Origin: Mustelus asterias
Lineage: Eukaryota
Assembly: GCF_964213995.1 (NCBI RefSeq)
Contig: NC_135806.1
Location: 79,794,001 to 79,858,000 of the forward strand
Direction: 5' to 3'
Length of the DNA: 64,000 nucleotides
Positions 51,461-63,930 of this stretch are shown here, in pieces (within the stretch, counting starts at the first letter, position 1; every line of letters begins with the position of its first letter). The notes below the pieces were generated by a model. It was given only the letters and a program-made list of their open reading frames with translations. It ran no database searches and was not told the origin of the DNA. The position numbers were made by a program, and so were the translations under genes.

Positions 51461-51571
51461 AAAAGCACTATTGTACACAGGCACACTGAGAGGAATCAAT
51501 AAGAGACCCACATACTGTGAGTACGCTCACCTGTTTTTAGCCACAGGCTGTCTTAAGCAAAGTCCACTCAC

Positions 51572-51631
51572 CCTCTCCTATGCCATACATTTTAAATACA
51601 ACTGCACTATTGCATGACTTTCCTTCTGAAT
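51572..51631 (-). CDS. Candidate 60-nt exon
   Basis: Acceptor tctctgtctcctctag and donor g|gtgagt; open as SEGKSCNSAVVFKMYGIGE. Confidence 0.25.
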
Positions 51632-53020
51632 CTAGAGGAGACAGAGACATAAATGTGATCTTCAGCATCCCTATCTCTTTCCCACTGTCTAGGTTCCAAG
51701 AGGGCAAATCCACAAGATTAATTGTCCCTCTGTGCAGCCAGAGAGGTAGAGTGATCATTAGACCCCATTGAGCAATGTTAAGATGTTAGATAAGATCTGG
51801 GACCAAATATAGGACAGCGGATTGTGCAAATGCTTTCATAATTGAGAAAAATTGGAATTCAAAGAAATGAATTGTTTTGAGCAACTCCTGGTACCCCTTT
51901 CTCCTAGACCAATTAGTGCAAACATTATTGGGTGCAGTGAAAATACTGAAGACATACACTATGTCAGCTGACAGGGCAATGCTGCAAGTAAATAAAATTA
52001 ATCAAAGACTCTATGAATACACTGTTATTCATATCTGCAATAATGAATAACTCAGAAGAAATAATCAACATTTCTCCCTGGACAGGATGTTAATGTAAAA
52101 GCAAAATACTGCGAATGCTGGAATCTGAAACTAAAACAGAAAATGCTGGAAAATCTCAGCAGGTCTGACAGCATCTGTGGGGAGAGAATAGAGCCAACGT
52201 TTTGAGCCTAGATGACCCTTCGTCAGAGCTGAGAGCAAAGAGAATCAGCAGAGATTTATACTGTGAGGTTGGGCGGGAGTGGGGGATGCCCCTTTACCTC
52301 CTCCCTGCTCACCAGCCCAGGTCCTAAACACTCCTTTCAGGTGAAGCAGTGCTTCACATGCACCTCCTTCAATCTGGTCTATTGTATTTGCTGCTCCCAA
52401 TGTGGCCTACGCTACATTAGGGAGACCAAACATAGACTAGGAGATTAACTTGCCGAACACCTTAGTTCAGTCCGCAAACAGGAGCCAGACCTTCCTATTG
52501 CTTGCCACATCAACACTCCACCCTGCTCTCCTGTTCACATGTCCGTCCTTGGCCTTTTGCAATGTTCCAGTGAACCCCAAGGCAAACTGGAGGAACAGCA
52601 CCTCATCTTCCGATTGGGCATTTTATAGCCTTTTGGACTGAACACTGAGTTCAACAACTTCAGAGCATGAACTCCATCTTCACCCCAATTCCATTTACTT
52701 TATTTCATTTTGTTTCATCTCATTCATCCATTTTATCATCCTTCTCTCTCACTTCCATTTTTCCACTTCTCCATTCCTGCTCTCCTTCTTGCTCCTTCTA
52801 TCCACCCCTCACTCCTTTCAGGGCAACTGCCACATTCCTCAGGCAGTCCTTTAACAATCTGTAGTTCTGTTCTGCCGTTCATACATTCTGATCACTTAAT
52901 GGACACTTTTAGCACCTTCTCAACCTTCTGTATCTTCATTTACATTCCCTTTGCCTCATTCCAACCCTCGCCCCCTTCCCATCCTCATAGTATAAATCTC
53001 AGCTGATTCTCTTTGCTCTC

Positions 53021-53059
53021 AGCTCTGACGAAGGGTCATCCGGACTCGAAACGTTGGCT
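53021..53059 (+). ncRNA. Minimal hammerhead ribozyme (family B)
   Basis: AGCT-CTGACGA-A-GGGTC..GACTC-GAA-ACGT-T-GGCT, with palindromic ACGT. The mirror at 52192-52230 has GAAA mutated. Confidence 0.8.
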
Positions 53060-53070
53060 CTATTCTCTTC

Positions 53071-53167
53071 CAGTAAGGAGTCTCACAACACCAGGTTAAA
53101 GTCCAACAGGTTTATTTGGTAGCAAATACCATAAGCTTTCGGAGCACTGCTCCTTCGTCAGATGGAG
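53071..53167 (-). mobile_element. Penelope family A pLTR piece with hammerhead (53129-53165) nested in the family B pLTR
   Basis: cagtaagg start; TSD ttctcttc. Confidence 0.88.
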
Positions 53168-53289
53168 TTCTCTTCCCACAGATGCTGTCAGACCTGCTGA
53201 GATTTTTCAACATTTTCTGTTTGTGTTGCAATGTTAATGTGTTTGACATTGCCACAGCAAAATGTATAGAGAAAACCATTTTTGAGATC

Positions 53290-53882
53290 AGGTTACGGGC
53301 TTCCCTACAAATCAATGGATATCACAGATGGGACAGTACTTTTGTGTCATCAAAAGAGAGGAGAGGCTATTTAGTTTTGTGAACTACAGCCAGAGTCAGA
53401 TGCAGGAAGGAGACGGTCTCTATTCACAGAGATGTAACCCACAGCCATCTAAGGTTTCCGGGTGATTCATCATGGTGTGACCAGAGGGGAAGAATCACTT
53501 GGACGGGCTTTATTGCTGGTAGTGGATTAAGGAAACTCTGTATAAAATAAGACAAGTGTCTGGAGGCAGTCACTCAAAATATCTATTTAGTGAAAGGAAG
53601 TTACGGGAACCAATTAGGAGCAGTGAACAACCGTGGATTGTTTGTTATAAACTCTAATTCTGTGGAGCATACAATAGGCAACAATTAGAAAAGTGAAATT
53701 CCTTTCTATGGTGTAAAGCATATGTTTTCTATAATGATAACAGTTCTTCAATAGTGCTTTAGTCATTTGTTACAGTAAAACTTACAATATGTGAAATCTT
53801 GCTGTGTTCTCCTCTTCAGCTATTAACTGGAATTTAGAATTTCTTTTTAAGCATTATTAATCGCTATGGGGATTGTAATACA
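53290..53882 (+). mobile_element. Possible LTR-like relic
   Basis: Ends ggggattgtaataca, an LTR-like terminus; the 5' boundary is unclear. Confidence 0.3.
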
Positions 53883-55013
53883 TGATTAATATAACAAAGC
53901 TTTCAAATTCCAACAAATATCAGGCAATTAAGCATTTTGCACTGTTATGCATAGCTGACTTATTGCCTATTTAAAAATCTCTCACCTTCTTTCATAGTCA
54001 CAATGAGGTATGGCTCTACAGGTGCCAGCGTCCCTCTAGTACAGTGATGGGAAATCTTGGCTAGTGAGTGGGCTGCATGAGGGGCCCTCCTTCATTGCAG
54101 TAGCTGCATGATTGAAGTAGGGCTCGTTCACTAATCATGACCCCATGAATAAGATTGAATACAACTGAATATTTCATAATGAGTTCTAGAAAATGCTTAA
54201 TCACTTATCCATTTGTACAGCTATCATCAACTTCAAATGGTAAAAACAAAATAACTATTTACACTTTGATCAGAAGGATGGGAATGCACGGCTCTCATAG
54301 TCAGTGTTGTGTGCAATCAGCACATACCTTACTTGCCCTTATTTTATGTGCAAATCACTTTAGTCATTAGGAAAAAAAATGACATGGAGGAAACAAGCAG
54401 AATCTGAAAACTCTGCGCGTGAACAATGGTCAACAAAATGTCTCAGGGACCACATTTAGAATCCAGATGGGCTGCATGTGGCCACGGGTCACAGAATACC
54501 CTCCACTGCTCTAGTTTCTTGACAAAGTGTCCATTTTGTAATAGTTGGACTGTACATCTCAGCAGAATATTTGATCACAAAGAACATCAAAGCCAAATTT
54601 GCCACTCTATGCTGGATGATCAGGACAGGACCCCATTATTCCTTCCTCTTTCTGAGCCAAGGACTGAGAGGGACTACTGAATAAGCAGGAAACAACTGCT
54701 GATCAGATGACAAGTTTATTCTTGTATTCTGTCCAGGAGTATCAGAAAGGTGTTAGAAGATCTTAGCAATGGCAACAATAGCTTTAGATGGACCTCAGCT
54801 TGTTAGTGGGCTGTGAGGTATGAAATAACCATCACAAAAGCATTGTAACCTGACATTTCTGCCAGCATTTTTGTACCAAAAAATCTAGAGGTCACATTGA
54901 ATTAACTTCCAGACAACAAGATGAAGGAATACAGTAATAACATGTCTGCTCAATAATAAAATGTCATTCAAAACCTACTGCAGAATTTTTAAAAGGTCTT
55001 CTTGTATTTACAG

Positions 55014-55052
55014 CAATGTCAAAAAGAACTTAAAAAGTGTGAAACTAATCAG
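55014..55052 (+). CDS. Candidate 39-nt exon
   Basis: Acceptor tcttcttgtatttacag and donor cag|gtaaag; open as QCQKELKKCETNQ. Confidence 0.3.
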
Positions 55053-55320
55053 GTAAAGTTCCTTTTTTATCAAATTCTCCTGTGAATTGAAGTATCTTCA
55101 CACTTCTCATTAAATCTTTGAACTCAATATTTTCATGCACTAGAAATCGAGACATGATTTCTAATGCAAAAGCCATTAACAGAGTAGACTGTTATAAACA
55201 TATATGACCCTCAATGAAGGAAAATTTATTTCTTACATATCACAATATTAAGAAATACAGAAGCAAAATACTGCAGATGCTCGAAATCGGAAATAAAAAC
55301 AGAAAATGCTGAAAAAACCA

Positions 55321-55371
55321 AGAGAGACAGGCAGAGAGACAAGCAGAGAGACAGGCAGAGAGACAGGCAGA
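55321..55371. repeat. Short tandem repeat (agagagacaggc)n
   Basis: About four 12-bp units. Confidence 0.8.
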
Positions 55372-56223
55372 TCACATTTCTAAATAATTAGAAATGTGGC
55401 AGGTTTTAAGCAAGCACAGCAGCATGGAAGCATGAAATAAAACAAAAGGAAACATCTGTGATAGAGGGGACAAAAATTGATGAAAGGGACAATGGCCCCC
55501 AGCAAAAAGGGATGATAATGGGACAAGTAAAGAAACAGTGATGGCTCCAGGGGAGATATAACATTGAACGCAGAATCATCAATTGTTATAGTCCAAGGAA
55601 AATTAAAGTTTTGAATTTGTTGTTGAGTCCAGGAGGTTATAAAGTACCCAATTGAAAAGTGAGGTGCTGTTGGTTTTCATTGTGACTATCTCGGAAGCTA
55701 ACAACAGAAAGGTCAGATTGAGAGCTAAGCAATTAAAGTTACAGGAGACCGTTAGCTTGATGTCAAGCTTGTGGACTGAATCGAAGAGATCCATAAAGCA
55801 ATTACCCAATCTGCATTTGATTTCCTCATTGTGGAGATGAGCACATTGTGAATAATGAATATTATAGTATATTAAAATTAAAGTAGTAGAAGTAACTTGT
55901 TGGGTCCCTGAATGGAGTGTTTGAGACCTAAGATATTGGAAAGGGATAAGGTAATGAGGTAGATGTTGCATCTCCTGTGCTTGCACAAGCATGTATCATG
56001 CAAGGAGAGGGGATATTGTGGGTGGTTGAAAGCTGGATTTGGGCTTCTCTGAGGGAATGTTCCCTTAGAAATGCTAAAAGAAAAGGGAAAGAAAAAATTG
56101 TGGAGACAGGGGGAGAATGATTTGTTGAAAGGATGGAGGGTAACGATAAAAGGAACTCTATCATGCTCATGGGCGAGGGAAGGGGAGACAGAGCAGAAGT
56201 ATGGGAATAGGAGAGGCACGGTC

Positions 56224-56552
56224 ATAGAATCATAGAATCCCTATAATGCAGAAGGAGGCCATTCGGCCCATCGAGTCTGCACCGATCACAGTCCCACCCA
56301 GATCACTATTCCCATAACTGCACACATTTACCCTGCTTATCCCCCTGACAATAGGATCAATTTAGCATGGTCAATCAACCTAATCTGCACATTTTTGGAG
56401 TGTGGGAGGAAACCAGAGCACCCGGAGGAACCCCCCGCAGACATGGGGAGAATGTGCAAACTTCGCACAGACAGTGACCCGAGGCCGGAATTGAACCCAA
56501 GTCCCTGGTGCTGTAAGGCAGCAGTGCTAACCACTGTGCCACCATGCTGCCC
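56224..56552 (-). mobile_element. HE1-like SINE (tail A)
   Basis: Reverse-complement head, core and tail. Confidence 0.9.
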
Positions 56553-57929
56553 CAAGGGCTCTATCAACCACAATGGTGGAGAAATCTCTGTTGAGTAAAA
56601 GAGGAAGAGATATGAGAAGAACTGTTATGAAAGGGCACATCATTAGAACAGGTTCAACAGGGACTGGAAGAACTGAATAGAATTCCTACAAGAGACAGGG
56701 TGAAAGGAAGTGGTATCAAGGTAGCTGTTGTAGCCAATGATCTTACAGTGGATATTGGCCAATAGCCTATCACCAGAAATGGAGACAGAGAAGTCAAGGA
56801 AAGGAAGAGGCTGAGAACAAGCATATGAAGGAGAGGGAAGATGGAAACTGGAAGCAAACATGATTACGTCTTTCAGTTCAAGGCAGAGTAGAAATGGCAT
56901 CGATACAGTTACCAATGTACTGGATAAAGTTGAGGGAAGCAATTTAAATACTTCATATGTCCAATGAAAAGACTGACCCAGCTTGGACACATATAGGTTC
57001 TCATTGCGATACCTATATTTGGAGGAAATAAACTTCAAAAATTAAATTGTTCGCTATGAGAATAATTTCAAATAGATGGAAGAATGGTGGCAGGTTGTGT
57101 CTCAACTGAAGAAAAAAGCAAAGGTATTCAGCCTAGGTGGAGGGTTTGGGTAGGGGTGGTGGAATTGGACTACCGTGATGAAAAGGAGACAGTTAAGACC
57201 AGGAAACTGAAAACTGTTAAAAAGTGATGGAGACCGTCAGGCAAGTAACAGGGTGTTTGTGAGAAGAGACTGGACAAGGGGCGAAAAAAGAATTGAGAGA
57301 GGAAGAAATCAGTTCCGTAGGGTAAGGACAGGAAAACAATAGACCTGCCAGAGCAGTCGTGTCTGTGGATCACAGAGAGGAGGTGGAAGCAGATTGCATG
57401 GTTTTCAGGGATTATGTGGTTGGAGGCCATGGAGGGTATATTTCTAGAGGAGGTGAGATTAATGACAGTTTGGAGAATTAAGATGTGATGTTCGTTGGTG
57501 GGGTCACAGTGCAAGTGGAAGCAGGATAAAGTGTTAAAGAGTTGGGGTTTAGCCTCAAATGCTGGCCAAATAACAACAAAACCTTGTCGGTAGATTTAAT
57601 GACACCAGCCATTTCAATTTATCTACTCCTCTTTCTCACTTTTATCCATTTGCCTTTGACCTTCCAGCATTCTGTTCTCTCAGGTCCAATCTAATATTAT
57701 TGGCCCTGCTGTCACAAGTATCTCTGTTGTTGACTGCAAAACAAAACTCTGCACAGAGGGATCTGAATGACCATTCTCTGACACCTACTCCAGACTACAA
57801 TTCCACCAAACATCAAGCTGTCACTTCCCTCATCTCCTCTGGAGATTTTCTGTCCATAGCTTCAACACCATAAGCCAGAAAAGTTGCAGGTCGCGATGGG
57901 AGAATCGCGCCCCTTATCTCAGACTAACA

Positions 57930-58270
57930 AAGTACCTGATTCAAATCCCACGTCAGTGCTTGAGCACAAAAATCAAGACTGACTCTCCAGTGCAATAGTG
58001 AGGGAGTGTTGCACTGTTGGACATGTTGTTTTCAGATGTTAAATTGAAGCCTCCCTCAATGTCTTGGTCATTATTTAATGCTCAATCAATAGAACACAAA
58101 CTGACTATCTGGTCATTATCACATTGCCATTTGTAGAACTTTGCTGTATGAAAGGATTGCCACATTTCCAACACTGAAACAATGACTACATTTCAAAAAT
58201 ATTCATGGGCTATACAAGGTGCTTTGACATATCTGGTGAACCTAAAAAGCATTATATACTGCAAATCGCT
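57930..58270 (+). mobile_element. Deu-domain SINE (SacSINE1-like)
   Basis: B box gattcaaatccc, then cttgagcacaaaaatcaag..ctccagtgcaa..gagggagtgttgcactgt and tatctggtcattatcacattgc. Confidence 0.65.
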
Positions 58271-58979
58271 CGTTTTGACCATGTCCATTCCATGTCCTTT
58301 AATTCTGTTCTCACAACCTCTCCTTCCTCCTGAACCCAGTTAGGGTTCCCCATAACTTCACTTTCCACCTCAGCAGCCTCCACGCTCAATGAATCATCCA
58401 CCACCATTTCTGTCACCTACAGTGTGATACGCCCATTTTCCACATCTACCTCTCCCCTTCCCTTTCAGCATTCAAAGGGACCATTCTGTTCATAATCCAA
58501 TCACCCATGACAAATCCTCACCTTTCCATGGCATCTTCCCTGGCAAGTGTAGGGCAACATCTGCCCTCTTACTGCCATTTATCTGTACTTGTTTCAATTT
58601 GTTACAACATTGTCTTCACTGCTCATTATGACTTCTCCTCTATTACGTGGAGACAATGCAGATTGGGTGACCTGTTTATGGAGCACCTCTGTTCAGTCCA
58701 CAAGCATGACCTTGATTATGACAGTCACCTGTCAATTAATTTCTCTGTCCTACTCACATATGGCTTCTATCCCCAGCTTCTAACACTATTCCAATGCAGC
58801 TCAAGGAGCAGCACCTCAGCTTTTGATTCAACACCCCAGAACCTTTTGAACTGTAAATTTCAGATCATAACTAGCTCCTGCTCCATTTTTTCCAAACAGC
58901 AGCTGTCAATAATGATTCTGCTGACTCATTTAGATCTCCTCTCGACACATCTTTTGTTGCTTTCCTTCTCTCATTTCCT

Positions 58980-59290
58980 GGGGCGGCGCAGTGACACAGT
59001 GGTTAGCACTCCTGCCTCATTGCGTCAGGAACCCGAGTTTGATTCTTGGCTTGGGTCACTCTGTGCAGAGTCTTCATATTCTCCCCATGTCTGCGTGGGT
59101 TTCATCCAGGTGCTCCGGTTTCCTCCCACAGTCCAAAAGAAGTGCTGGTTTGGTGCACTGGCCATTCTAAATTCTCCTTCAGTGTACCTGAACAGGCGCC
59201 GGAGTGTGGCGGTTAGGGGATTATCACAGTAACTTCATTGCAGTGTTAATATAGGCCTACTTGACTTGCATGAATAAATAAACTTTAAAA
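58980..59290 (+). mobile_element. V-SINE (tail B)
   Basis: Same structure as the 5697 copy. Confidence 0.88.
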
Positions 59291-60689
59291 CTTCATTATC
59301 ATTTCCTTTTGCTTTGCACCATCACACCTGTTATTTAAGCTCTTTTTCCTTCCACCCAAAGATCTTTCCTTTTAGCTCTTTGTTCCCGTTCCCCACCTCT
59401 GCCATGTTTAAAAGTTGGTACATTGTTTTAACTTTTTTTATCAATTCTAATGAAAGGTTATCGACCTGACCATAGGCACCGCTTGATCTGCTGAGTCTTT
59501 CCAGTGTTTTCCGTTTTTAATACAAAATGACCTATCAAAAAGTAAAGGTAAAAGATATTACACAACGCTACATGTCCAGCAACAGCAGCAAAGCCTTTTA
59601 TAGAATCTTGGTTTTACTAATTTATGAACAATTACATAGTCACGAACATTTAACAAATCAGATTTTCACTGCTAATGTGCCACTGTTCTTTTAAAAAGTG
59701 TGTTTTTTAATGTTTCCGCCTCAAATGTTCTCACTATCTTCTGAATTCAAAAAAGCTAAATGTGTCCATGCTATTCTCCTGCTTCCCTAGAGGGAAATGT
59801 TTAATTTTTCAGACGTATTAACGAATGCTTGGCAGATCTGCTGGGAGAGGCAGTTGGGCACTGTGATTAAATGAAGAGAGGGACCACTCAGGCAGTTTAC
59901 CGCCTTTTTCTTTAATGAGCCAGTCAAAAATGACAAATTATTCCCTCAGAGAAAACCTGATAATAAACAAGCATTAAGAATGAAACGTAAACAAGAGTCC
60001 AATAATCTACAGCTACCAGAACATCTACATTGATTTTTCATTAAATGAATAAATTAGCAAATAAATACCAAAGCATTAAAACATGTACTTGCATCCACAG
60101 AGCTGAAATTCAAAGCAGCAATTACAGTTTATAAATTAACATTAGATATCAGAATTCACCAATAAATCAGGCATGCTGGTTACGTTGTCACACGTGCAAT
60201 TCCTAATTCACTAAAGGTACATCATGAAGTGGATCACATGTGGATCATGTCTTCAGTAACATTACCAGTAAATTTGCCTTACTTGGTATCACTTTCTGAA
60301 CCATCAGTCATTTATAACTGCTTCTCACAGCACACATTGCAAGGGATTCTATGATGGGATAGTGGCAGTAATAATTAGACTTGTGGCATCTCTTAAAATT
60401 TTAGTTTCACTACGAAGAAAACTATTTTGCCAAATCGTCTTAGGTCCAGAAGAGCTGTGGATTATTTTTGCTGTGGTAAAACCACAAATATAAGTTTACA
60501 GAATTGGTGTGGAATCTCACTTACTGGGGAGAAGTTGGCAATTTGCTCATTCACTTCTCACAATTCTCAGGCCTTTAACTTTGATAGGTGGAACATCAAT
60601 GGGGGAGGACATACTAGAAGGCACAAATGTATTCCTGATAGTGAGGGATTATTGCACATATGACATGATTCACATATTTTCATTGTTTA

Positions 60690-62075
60690 GTCGTGATCAA
60701 ATCATGAGGGCAAAAAGGGGGCAAGAGATTACTTTGGCAGATAAGGCAAAGGAGAATCCAAAGATCTTCTACAAATACATAAAGGGCAAAAGAGTAACTA
60801 GGGAGAGAGTAGGACCTCTAAAGGATAATTGACAGCCACAGGTGAGATGCCTGAAGATTGCAGGGTGGCAAATGTTGTGCCTTTGTTTAAAGAGGGCTGC
60901 AGGAAAAGCCTGGGAACTATAGGCCGGTAAGCATAATATTTTTAGTGGGTAAGTTGTTGGAAGGTATTCTGAGAGACAGGATCTACAAGCATTTAGCAAG
61001 GCAAGGACTAATTAGGGACAAAAAGCATGGCTTTGTGAATGGAAAATCATATCTCACGAATTTGATTGAGTTTTTTGAAAGGGTAACCAGGAAGGTAGAT
61101 GAGGGCAGTGCAGTCGATGTTGTCTACATGGACTTTAGCAAGGCCTTTGACAAGGTACCACATGGTAGTTGTTGCATAAGGTTAAATCTCACGGGATCCA
61201 TAGTGAGGTAGCCAAATGGATACAAAATTGGCTTGATGACAGAAGACAGAGGGCGGTTTTAGAGGGTTGTTTTTCAAACTGGAGGCCTGTGATCAGCGGT
61301 GTACCTCAGGGATCGGTGCTGGGTCCAGTGTTATTTGCCATTCATATTAATGATTTGGAAGAGAACTTAGGAGGTGTGGTTAGTAAGTTTGCAGATGACA
61401 CCAAAATTGGTGGCATAGTGGACAGTGAAGAAGGTTATCTAGGATTGCAACTGGATCTTGATGAATAGGGCCAGTGGGTCGATGAATGGCAGGTGGAATT
61501 TAATTTAGATACATGTGAGGTGATGCATTTTGGTAGATTGAACCAGGGCAGGGCTTACTCAGTTAATGGTACGGCGTTGGGGAGAGTTACAGAACAAAGA
61601 GATCGAGGGGTACAGGTTCATAGCTCCTTGAAAGTGAAGTCACAGGTGGATAGGGTGGTGAAGAAGGCATTCAGCATACTTGGTTTCATTGGTCAGAACA
61701 TTGAATACAGGAGTTGGGATGTCTTGTTTAAGTTGTACAAGACATTGGTAAGGCCATACTTTGAATACTGTGTGCAATTCTGGTCACCCTATTATAGAAA
61801 GGATATTATTAAACTAGAAAGAGTGCAGAAAAGTTTTATGGGGATGCTGCCAGGACTTGATGGATTGAGTTATAAAGAGAGGTTGGATAGACTGGGACTT
61901 TTTTCTTTGGAGCATAGGAGGCTGAGGGGTGATCTTATAGAGGTCTATAAAATAATGAGGGGCATCGATCAGGTAGATAGTCAATATCTTTTCCCAAAGG
62001 TAGAGGAGTCTAAAACCAGAGGGCATAGGTTTAAGGTGAGAGGGGAGAGATACAAAAGTGTCCAGAGGGGCAATT
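60690..62075 (+). mobile_element. CR1 (HER1-like) LINE, cut at its 3' end by the following element
   Basis: ORFs 60945-61211, 61169-61468 (FADD) and 61493-62149. Homology stops abruptly at gggcaatt. Confidence 0.95.
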
Positions 62076-63029
62076 TGTATGTAATCTTATCAAAAGACAT
62101 CGCTTTCCCCATTAAAATCACATGCCATACAGCTCCGATCTTTATATGATGTACTCTTACATTATCTCTAATTTGATACACAATATATAGTATATAAATA
62201 TATCATACAAAGTTGGTTAAGGCTTTTCAGGATTTGATGTTATTCTCGGGTCTATATGGCAATGCTGTACTGTATAATAAAAATAATCAAGCGGCAGCTG
62301 TATCATACCACTTTACACATCGTAACCGTGATATCCAAACCCTTTTAATTCAAGCCGTTTCCATTTTTAAACTGAGCTCCAGATCAAAACCCCCGCACTC
62401 TAGGAAAATAACAGGCGCCAAATCAAAATCAAAGTAGGTACAATACATACGAGTTATTTGATTAGAAACGTTTTGGTTTGATTCTTAACTGGCTAGATTG
62501 TAAGTTTTGCAGTGTTTTTATATTTGGCAAACCTTGAATAATAGAGGGCATATGAACTTCTGACGGCAGTACATAATCTTAACCAGTTACAGAATACTAA
62601 ACTATCCGACGTTCGTAAATCGCGATATTCTGCGGACTTTAATATTGTATTTCACTGACTTGATATACTTTAAACTGACTCATAGACAATATATTTACCT
62701 CATTCTTTTGTTCCTGCTTTTCTATCTTTCCACAAAATTACTTATTTTCTTCTCTTAACTTCTCAACTAACTCTTATAATTTAATTAACTCAAAACAGAA
62801 GTAAATTCAATAAATCTTATCACTTTAATCTTTAACAGTCTTAACACTTCCCCAGCCCCCTGAGGCTAAACCAGGGTGCAATGCACTGCGCCCACTGCCT
62901 GCAACAAACACTCCACAGGAACAAACAGGCTTCAGCTCCTGCTCTCAATCTAATACAACAACAACCACCTACATTCGACAAGCTAACCAGATCACACAAA
63001 CACACTGAAATACAAAACTAAGATCTCTC

Positions 63030-63833
63030 CTATCCACCTCCAGGTATGCCACTAGCCCATTCTACCAATTCATCGTAATCTTGGGACATAATCACTCCCA
63101 TTTTTAGGATGACCTGGTGAGCGCTGGAGAGTCCATCCTTAAAAGCCTGGATGAACGCGCAATCCCCTCAACCTGGGTTCCCTTGTCCTGAGCACTCTTG
63201 ATATACCTGGAACAACCGTTCCCCGTATTCAGAAGCTCCTTCCCCTTTTAACTGTTTTGTTGTGGTAATTCTGCTCCAGTTAGTGGGAGCATTCCCTAAT
63301 ACCCTCTGAATCTCTGCTGTAAACTGGGTGAAGGGTTGATAAGTTGCCTTTGGTTGCGCATTTGTTTTCCCTCGGGTTACTGGCGCTAAGTTGTGTTCCA
63401 GCGCTTCCCACTCCTCTGAAGGAGCGGTTGGTCCCTGCTGTATGGACTCATAAGGAGGTAGAGGAACAGTTTCCCCTCTCCATTGCTTTTCTTCTGAAAC
63501 CTGGTTTTGCTTCTCCAGTTCCCTCACTCGGGATTCTAATTCTCTAATCCTTTCTTTATCTTCACTCCACTTCTTAGTAGACGCGACTACTTGCTCAATT
63601 AGACCAGCTAACTGATGTATTAACATTACTCCTATCTTCTTTGTCTTGTTTCTCTTTTCTTTATCTATCCACTTTCTCTGCTGCTCTAATGTCTGAGAAG
63701 TATCCCAGCCATCCTTTTGCATTCTCTTTATTAACTCTTTCCTGTCTGTCATGTAAACTTCAATAAGAGAACCTGCAAGCCCTCTTTTAACTTCATTATC
63801 TGCCATTTCACAGACTTCACTAATCCCGGCCAC
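63030..63833 (-). pseudogene. gag: Retrovirus-like gag with one in-frame stop, no pol following
   Basis: Coiled coil, LPPY and PTAP late-domain-like motifs, and MHR-like KQLKGEGASEYGERL. The frame continues past the TGA at 63168-63170 as GDCAFIQAFKDGL...YDELVEWA. Confidence 0.72.
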
Positions 63834-63930
63834 GATTACTCCCTAGTAAAGTGTGCTCTCTACCATAGGGACTTCACTATCCCCGGCCACGATTACTACT
63901 CTAGCATCGTGTTTCACTACCATTACAGGG
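63813..63930. repeat. ~57-bp tandem duplication in the gag leader
   Basis: gacttcacta.cccggccacgattact...taccat..aggg occurs twice. Confidence 0.85.

Larger units (their letters stand above)
52097..53230 (+). mobile_element. Penelope-like element (family B) with an inverted 5' pLTR
   Basis: FTCTSFNLVYCICCSQCGLRYIRETKHRLGD is GIY-YIG with a CCxxC insert. 52097-52270 is an inverted copy of the 3' end. TSD atgttaatgt. Confidence 0.9.
55260..59520. mobile_element. Large old Penelope (family B-like) with inverted architecture: minus arm 55260-57590, plus arm 57600-59520
   Basis: pLTR-like ends at both extremes. The minus arm has LPFLDFSVSISGDRL (RT thumb) and GIY-YIG relics; the plus arm has HDRVP/RLGD-like relics. 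Three SINEs are nested inside. Confidence 0.7.

Noticed and set aside
58507-59232. 241-aa ORF as a gene
   Set aside because: Chance read-through of decayed Penelope and SINE sequence.
63813-63930. CRISPR-like repeats or other prokaryotic systems
   Set aside because: Only two tandem units without unique spacers, in vertebrate DNA with no cas genes or operons.
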